Notes under the pieces: model-generated | The model's database searches: none | What the model was told of the DNA's origin: nothing | The model's input: the letters and a program-made list of their open reading frames with translations, nothing else | Shown: in pieces, positions 57,613-64,000 of the stretch | How positions within the stretch are numbered: position 1 is the stretch's first letter | Layout: every line of letters starts with the position of its first letter | Source: Guillardia theta CCMP2712 | Taxonomy: Eukaryota > Protista > Cryptophyta | NCBI RefSeq assembly: GCF_000315625.1 | Contig: NW_005434597.1 | Coordinates: 253,610 to 317,609, forward strand | Direction: 5' to 3' | Length of the DNA: 64,000 bases | Made by a program: the position numbers and the translations under genes

Positions 57613-58253
57613 GGACTTCCCGGCGACTCTGCTCCGACTGACCTGATTGTCGGACGGCGGTCACGGGCCTCGTACCGTACTGCTCTTTAACTTAACTTTC
57701 AATGATTACCGGCGCCGGACGGCCCGGCTCAGCGCAAGTTGCCAAGTTCGCCGCGCCGAGCCTCGGACTCCCCGGAGTCCGGGCCTCAGTTCACGGTTCA
57801 TCGGACCGTCCGGGATCGGACCGGGAGTTGCCAGTGCCATCCGATCGGAGAGTTACTAGTTAGTAGCTTTTTGAGGGCAGTACTCAAAACGACTCGACAG
57901 CTACTAGTATTCAATAAATGCCTTTCTTTTTATTGAGATAATGATCTGAGGGGGGCTGGGTTTCGTTAGATGTTGACTGCGCCTGTACGATACAAAAGTT
58001 GTTTGTTGGAACAAACAAAGGGGACGCGGAGGAGAGCGGAGAGCAGAGCAGAGCAGAGCAGAGCAGAGCAGAGCAGAGCAGAGCAGAGCAGAGCAGAGCA
58101 GAGCAGAGCAGAAGCTGAAGAGAAAAGGGGAGAAGACTTCCGGTATGCATGCAGATAGTGGCAAAGGGGGTATGATACGGGAATGCAGAAGTGCAAAGAG
58201 GAGGGAGGTTATTGTGGTTGAAGGAGGACAGTTGTAGTGAAGGGAGCAAGAAG

Positions 58254-60010
58254 ATGCAGGTGCTGGGTGATGTATGGCGTACCATCTTCTCCTCCGATCT
58301 GCGTGGAGAGTATGTATCGTCAGCCCCTGCATCTGTGCATGGTAGTCCTTCCATCGCCTCCCCTGACAAGGCGCCTCCTCTTTCTTGGAACAACTCGCTA
58401 CATGAAATGATGTCTACGGTGATCCCGCTGTCACCCCCGTACTGTGACGCGCGGGAAGTCGAGGAGGGGAGATCTCGATCGAGGGAGAGACTGTTGAAGC
58501 CGGCAAGGCTGACATGCGCGATCTGTGGAGGATTCTTGAAAGGAGGAAACATCCCCGTGTTCGACGTCTGCACCAGCTGCTCCTTGAATGCTTCCCATCG
58601 GCATTCCACACAAGTCTCACCCCCTCTGACGGAGAGGAGGAGCAGACCTCCCAGCACGTCGGTGGCTCCGCGTTTCTGGCGTGCGACAGGGCCAGTCTCG
58701 GAGTGTATCCGAGCTTGTCTTGCAGGGCACGGCTACACTGCTGGCAGCAGCGCGCAGGAGTGGCTGGTGGCCTGGGGGTCGTCCCTGTCCTCCGAGGAGA
58801 TCAGCAGGTTGAAGCCGAGTCAGAAGCACAATCACCTGCCAGGATGGGACTCCCTAAACAACAAAGCAACGCTCGGGGAGGTGGCTCGGACCCACAGCTC
58901 GAGGGGGTCGAGCCTGGCGGACAACGTTCCGCTGACGTTCGTTCTTCCCCAGCACGCAGACGAGCTGCTAGCTCACCACAGGAGAGGAGGAGGGCCGTAC
59001 ATCGTGAAGCCCGTGGGAGGGACCCGGGGGAAGGGGATCAGACTGATGACGGAAGTATCCGACGCGTTCTTGAAGGAGAGGAGGAGGCTGGTGGTACAGC
59101 AGTACATCATGAACCCTCACCTGCTGCAGGGCAGGAAGTATGACCTGAGACTGTACGTGGCTGTGACGAGCTCTGATCCCCTCCGCTTGTACATCCACGA
59201 GCAAGGGTGAGTGAAAGGAGGCAGGAGGAATGCAGGAGGGAGGGAGGAGGGAGGAGGGAGGAGGGAGGAGGGAGGAGGGAAGGGAGCGAGTTGAAGTCGA
59301 TTCTTCAATGGCAGGTATGGGAGATTCTGCAGTGAGGAATATGATCTCTCGAGGCCCCAGGATCTGTTCAGGTCTGTTCCCAGTCTGTCCTCTTGCTCTC
59401 CTCCTATCCTTTTGCTCTCTTCCTCCCATCTTCTTGCTTTTTCCCTCCCTTCCCATTCCTGTCTCGCCTTGACGGGGCTCTGTCAGGCACATAACCAACT
59501 CCAACTTTCAAAAGTTTCACGAGCTCTACGCGCTCAGCGGCTCCAGCTCGAGGACGCGACCTGCGGGGAACAAGTGGCACATTGATATCATCAGGAGGGA
59601 GTGGGAGAGGGAAGGGAACCGAGGGGTGTGGGAGCGAATCAAGACAGCCATCACCAAAGTTTTCATCATGTTCAAGGTTCTGCTCAAATTCTGTCCTCCT
59701 CCTCCTCCTTCTCCTCCTCCTCATCTTCTTCCTCCTCCTCCACCTTCCCTCCTCTCTCCCTGCTCCCTCCCCGTTACCGCTGACTGGCTTTCTCCTCTAG
59801 GAGGAAGCGATCTCAGCCAGCAGGGGCGTCGCCGCATCGCAGTCCAGCTGCTTCAGCCTCTTCGGGATCGACGTGTTGCTCGACGACCAGCTGAAGCCAT
59901 GGCTGCTTGAGCTCAACAGCCTCCCGTCCACGGGGACAAGCTCTCCTCTCGACATTGAAGTCAAGACCTCTGTCATCAATGACCTCCTCCACCTCCTCGG
60001 CCTGGTTGAC

Positions 60011-60052
<42 letters not shown>

Positions 60053-60527
60053 TTGTCCACTTGGCTCTCGTCCTCGCCGTTTTTGACTGACCCTGTACAG
60101 AGCCAGGAAGATCCCGAGCATGTCAAGCTTCAGGTCTGCCGCCTGCTCTCCAGCAAGTTGGACAGCAAGTGGACAAAGGAGGTGGGCAGCAAACGATCGC
60201 CTCCTCTTCCTCCTCCCCCAACCCCCGAGGTGATCAGAAGGAGGCTTGTCAGAGGAGGATGGAAGCAGGTCAACCCAAGAGAGATCGAGGTCGTCCAGGA
60301 GTACGAGGAGGAGATGGCGAGAAGGAGGGGCTGGTGAGCTGATCGCTTCCCTCCTCCCTTCCCTCCACCCCTTCTTCCTCCTCCTCTGCCTCCATACCGT
60401 TCCTTACTCCTCTCTCAGGATCTGCTGCTTCCCGTCGCACAGGATGGGCCAGTACGCCATAGACTTGGGAAGGCCTGGAGGAGATGCCGTCCTGGCAGCC
60501 TACGTGGCAGGAGCCGCACGAGGATGA
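58254..60527 (+). CDS. TTLL: Tubulin-tyrosine-ligase-like protein (TTLL4/5-type polyglutamylase-like)
   Basis: QKHNHLPG, PLTFVLP, YIVKP..RGKGI, VVQQYI.NP.L..GRKYDLRLYV, RFCSEEY, HITN, NKW and CFSLFGIDVLLDDQLKPWLLELN..PS. Confidence 0.88.
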
Positions 60528-60559
60528 GGAGGAGGCGAGTAAACAGGGCCAGTAAGTCC

Positions 60560-63500
60560 TCAGCTGCTCTCCAGGACCTCGTCCATCCACTCGTCCTCCC
60601 ACGAGTCTGTCGGCAAGAAGTCTTCCTCCTCCGGAACCTCTTCGAAGTGCAGCTCCTGCTCCCTCCGCTGCTTCAGCTCCTGCTCCCTCCGCTGCTTCAG
60701 CTCCTGCTCTCTTCTACTGATCGGGTTGGGTTTGACCTGCAAGGAACGTCAGGTGTCCCTGGGGCTCCTCTCCTCCTCCTCACCTGAGACTCCCGCGCTT
60801 CTTCGGGTCGCTTTCTCGAAGACGACGAGACGCTGCGAGTCTTTCCCCTCGTCCCACGAGCAGGAGCAAGAGATGGGGCAGGAGCAGGGGCAGGGGCAGG
60901 GGCAGGAGCAGCTTCCTGCTCCTGGCTTCTCATCTTCTTTCCGTCCCTGTCGCCCCGCAGTTTGAGGGGAGTTGCTGCTGCTTCAGCTGCTCTGAGCTTT
61001 CTCGTCTCCTCCTTGTCTGCCTTGCCCTCTGCCTCCTCTCGCTCTTTCACCTCCTCCCTCGCTCCTCTCCGGCTCTCCGGCGCTGCCGCCGCCCTCTCAT
61101 GATCCTCCGGCGCAGCCGAGTCGAAAATGTGCGTCGTGTGCGAGACGTCAGCTGCATCTTCCGGCATGCTCTGGTAAAGCCCAGCTTCCTGCTCCACCTG
61201 CTCGACCTGCCTGTCCTCCTCGTCTTGTCTCGCCTGCTCCTCCTGTCTGGCCTGCTCCTCTTGCTTTGCCTTCTCCTCATTATTCGCCTGCCCCTCTGGT
61301 TTTTCTGGCTCCTCCTGCTCCATCACCTTCGCCTCCTGGTAGATTTCTTCGCAGATGGATGAGAAGACGTTGTCATGCTGCAGCGCCTCGCATGAGGCCT
61401 CCATGGAGAGGCGAGAGAAGATCGACTCGCGCTGCTCCCTGTTCCCCTCCACGCTCTCCATGCCCTGCTGCACCGTCGTGCTCAGCTCGTCGTTCAGGAT
61501 GAACGACTGCAGCGACCCTGTCTGCGCGTCGTCCAGCGAGGAGACGTTGAAGTTCGCGGGCTCGAGAGCTTGGGCCGCAGCTGGGGGCCGAAGCCTCGGG
61601 GTCGAGAAGTTGACATCGCCATCAACGCTCTCAGCTGTCATTGTCAGCTCAACTTCCTCGTCCTTTTCCTTCTCCCCCAGCTCGATCTCTCGCAGATCGG
61701 CTGCTTCCCCGCAAACTCTCCCCGCAGCACCAGCTTCTCCCCTCACTTTGCCCTCGTCACCCTCGAACTCCGTCCGGTGCGCTGCCCCTCCCACCTTCTC
61801 TGCTTCCTCGAGGTTCCAACTCACATCTCTCAGCTCGACACTCCCCTCAGCTCCTTGCATCTCGTCATCTCCCAGCTGCAGCTTGTCAAACTCCAGCTGA
61901 GGAGCCTCTACCCTCAGCTTCATTCTCGCCTCTTCTGGTTGTACCTCGTCGTGTCTCAGTTCATCTCTCAGCTGGACTCGACCATCTCTCAGCTGCAGCT
62001 TTTCATTGTAATTCTCGTCTTTCAGCTGCAGCTTGTCATCTCGAGCCGCAAAGAAGTTGTCTGTGTCAGCCGAGCTGGCCATCAGCCCGGCGGAGGCTTC
62101 GTGCTGCCATTGTGAGGTCGACTCGAATCGGTTGGTGGGCACCTCGTCTGTAGTAGCTACCATGGTGTCTCTCCAGCTCGACCTCTCCTGCCTCTCCATG
62201 GCCGAAAAGCTCAGCAACTCTCCAGCTGGATAGTGAGCTGCTCCCTCCTGGGCTCCCTTCCGCCAACTCCCCTCGTCATCTTCCAGCCACCCATCTGTCC
62301 TCCTCCACCTGAGACCCTCGTCTCCGTCCAGCTCCAAGTGGCTTCGCAGCTGCTCCTCATCTGCTGGGCGTGACCGCAGCAGGGGGGAGGAACCGCCTCC
62401 CTCTTCTTCCCTCGTCCCTTCCCTCAGCTCCTTTTCCCACAGCTCATACGAAGATGTATGCGCCAGGTCCCCTGGCTGCGTTTCCTCCCTCGCAGCATCC
62501 TTCTCGCCCATCGACGCCCTCTCCCCTCCCTCCTCCTTCTGCTCCTCCCCATCCTTCTGCTCCACCTCCTCCAGCTTCTCCTCCTCCTTGTAGCTCATCT
62601 CCTTCTTTCTTCCATCCAGCCCCTCACATCCAGTCGCCTCCCCACCCCCCTCTTCACTACCATCATGCTTCATCCCCAAACTCTGCTCCGCCTCCTTCCC
62701 CAGCTCAGTCTCACCAGCATCGTCCTCCGCAGCTTTCTTTCCTCCCATCACAGATCGATCTTCCCCTTCGGACACCATCTTCGTTGCGTCCTCCTCCTTG
62801 TCTTCCTCCTGCTGCTGCCTGACCTCTCCCTCTCCCTCTGCTTCTCTTCCCTCCTTGCAAGAGTCTGGCTCTCCTGCTGTTGCATCGCCGCCAGCCCCTT
62901 CCCTCCCTCCTCCTCCCTCCTCTTCGATCTTCTCAGCTGATATCGAAAATCCTCCCGCTTCTTCTGCCGGGTGTTCACTCAGATCCACCCCCGCCTCTCG
63001 TCCCCCTTCCTCCTGCTCTTGCTCCTGCTCCTTTTTCGCTGTCATTTGTTCTGCCTCCCCTCCACCGTCGACTTCCCTTCCCTCCGTATCCTCTTTCCCG
63101 TGCTCTGCTCTGGTCCCCTCCGTCAGCCCACTGTCCACTTCACCCACTCCTGACCCCTCCAGTTCCCGAGCTGCTCCTCCGTCCTTCCAACCTTCGTCGT
63201 TGCGAGCGCTTTCACTCGAAGAAGCTTCTCCTCCATCCTCTTCCTGGTCCTCTTCCTGGTCCTCTCCCTGGTCCTCGTCCTCGTCCTCGTCCTCGTCCTT
63301 CTCGCTTCCTTGCACCGAATCGCTGCTTTCCGTTTGCTGATCTCGAACCGAGTCAATGTCTTCCTCATCCTTCTCGCTCTCCTTGCTCTCCTCCTCGCTG
63401 CTTTCTCTGGAAGATTCAGAATCCTCCATATCCTCCTCTGAAACCCCCGATGGCTCTTCTTGGCCCAGAGATTCCTCCTCCTCCTTCTCTTCCACAGATT

Positions 63501-64000
63501 CACCCCCCTTGCTAGACGTCCAGGCCGACTCCTCCTCGTCCACCTCCTCGTCCTCCTCTTCCTCCTGTTGTGAGCTCTTGTTCACCTCCTGTGACTCCTT
63601 CACGGATTCATCCTCCTTGCTAGACGTCCAGGCCGACTCCTCCTCGTCCTCCTCCTCGTCCTCCTCTTGTGGGCTCTCCTGTGAGTCTTTCACGGATTCA
63701 TCCTCCTTACTAGATGTCCAGGCCGACTCCTCCTCGTCCTCGTCGTCCTCGTCCTCGTCCTCGTCCTCCTCGTCCTCGTCCTCCTCTTGTGGGCTCTCCT
63801 GTGAGTCTTTCACGGATTCATCCTCCTTGCTCGACGTCCGGGCCGAATCATTCTCCTGCTCCTCCTCCCGCTCTTCTTGAGCTTGCAGCGCTTCTCCAAT
63901 CTCCTCTGCTCTGTCTTCTTCTCGATGACCAGCGTCTTCTTCAGTCCTCATCTCTTGCTCCTTGTCTTCACTCGCAACTTCTAATACCTTGATTGACTCC
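60560..64000 (-). CDS. Long acidic low-complexity protein (5' end lies beyond the window)
   Basis: E/D/S-rich ORF of more than 1080 aa, open to the window edge; intron at about 60737-60783 and last exon ...WEDEWMDEVLESS*. Confidence 0.7.
63480..63850 (-). repeat. Coding tandem repeat, four units of SA(W/R)TSSK(E/G)(D/G)ESV...
   Basis: Repeated GGATTCATCCTCCTTGCTAGACGTCCAGGCCGA on the + strand, with poly-E/D spacers of variable length. Confidence 0.9.

Overview
Gene-dense, GC-rich eukaryotic nuclear DNA with many short (about 45-60 nt) introns, several GC-AG introns, microsatellite-filled introns and two 100-N assembly gaps. The intron style, an epiplastin/articulin-like gene and a signal-peptide ClpB suggest an alga with a complex plastid; it resembles the cryptophyte Guillardia theta, which is an inference. 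About 17 protein genes can be traced by hand: an RS/K-rich RanBP2-zinc-finger protein, a RhoGAP, a class II DYRK kinase, a CaaX-ending pseudokinase, a YVH1-type zinc domain next to a divergent HAD-like domain, a Kelch + Cys-rich membrane protein, a VPV-repeat + PDZ protein, an ARM + triple novel repeat + SH3 + coiled-coil protein, ClpB/Hsp101, GDP-L-fucose synthase, a SPRY protein with an inserted SAM domain, a Cys-rich membrane protein, a TTLL ligase, a long acidic protein and several hypotheticals. There is also one tRNA-Asp(GTC). The most unusual elements are: (1) a roughly 5-kb gene-poor block (13.4-18.2 kb) built from nested inverted repeats and a three-copy element; (2) a conserved 30-bp intergenic motif, GTACTGATTTTTAACTTNACTTTGAGTAAA, lying inside recurrent palindrome-rich intergenic islands; (3) an unrecognised ~115-aa domain repeated three times; (4) a ubiquitin-tail-like LRLRGG at the end of the ClpB presequence; (5) several pseudo-enzymes. 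Gene boundaries are manual splice reconstructions, and 5' ends are often uncertain.
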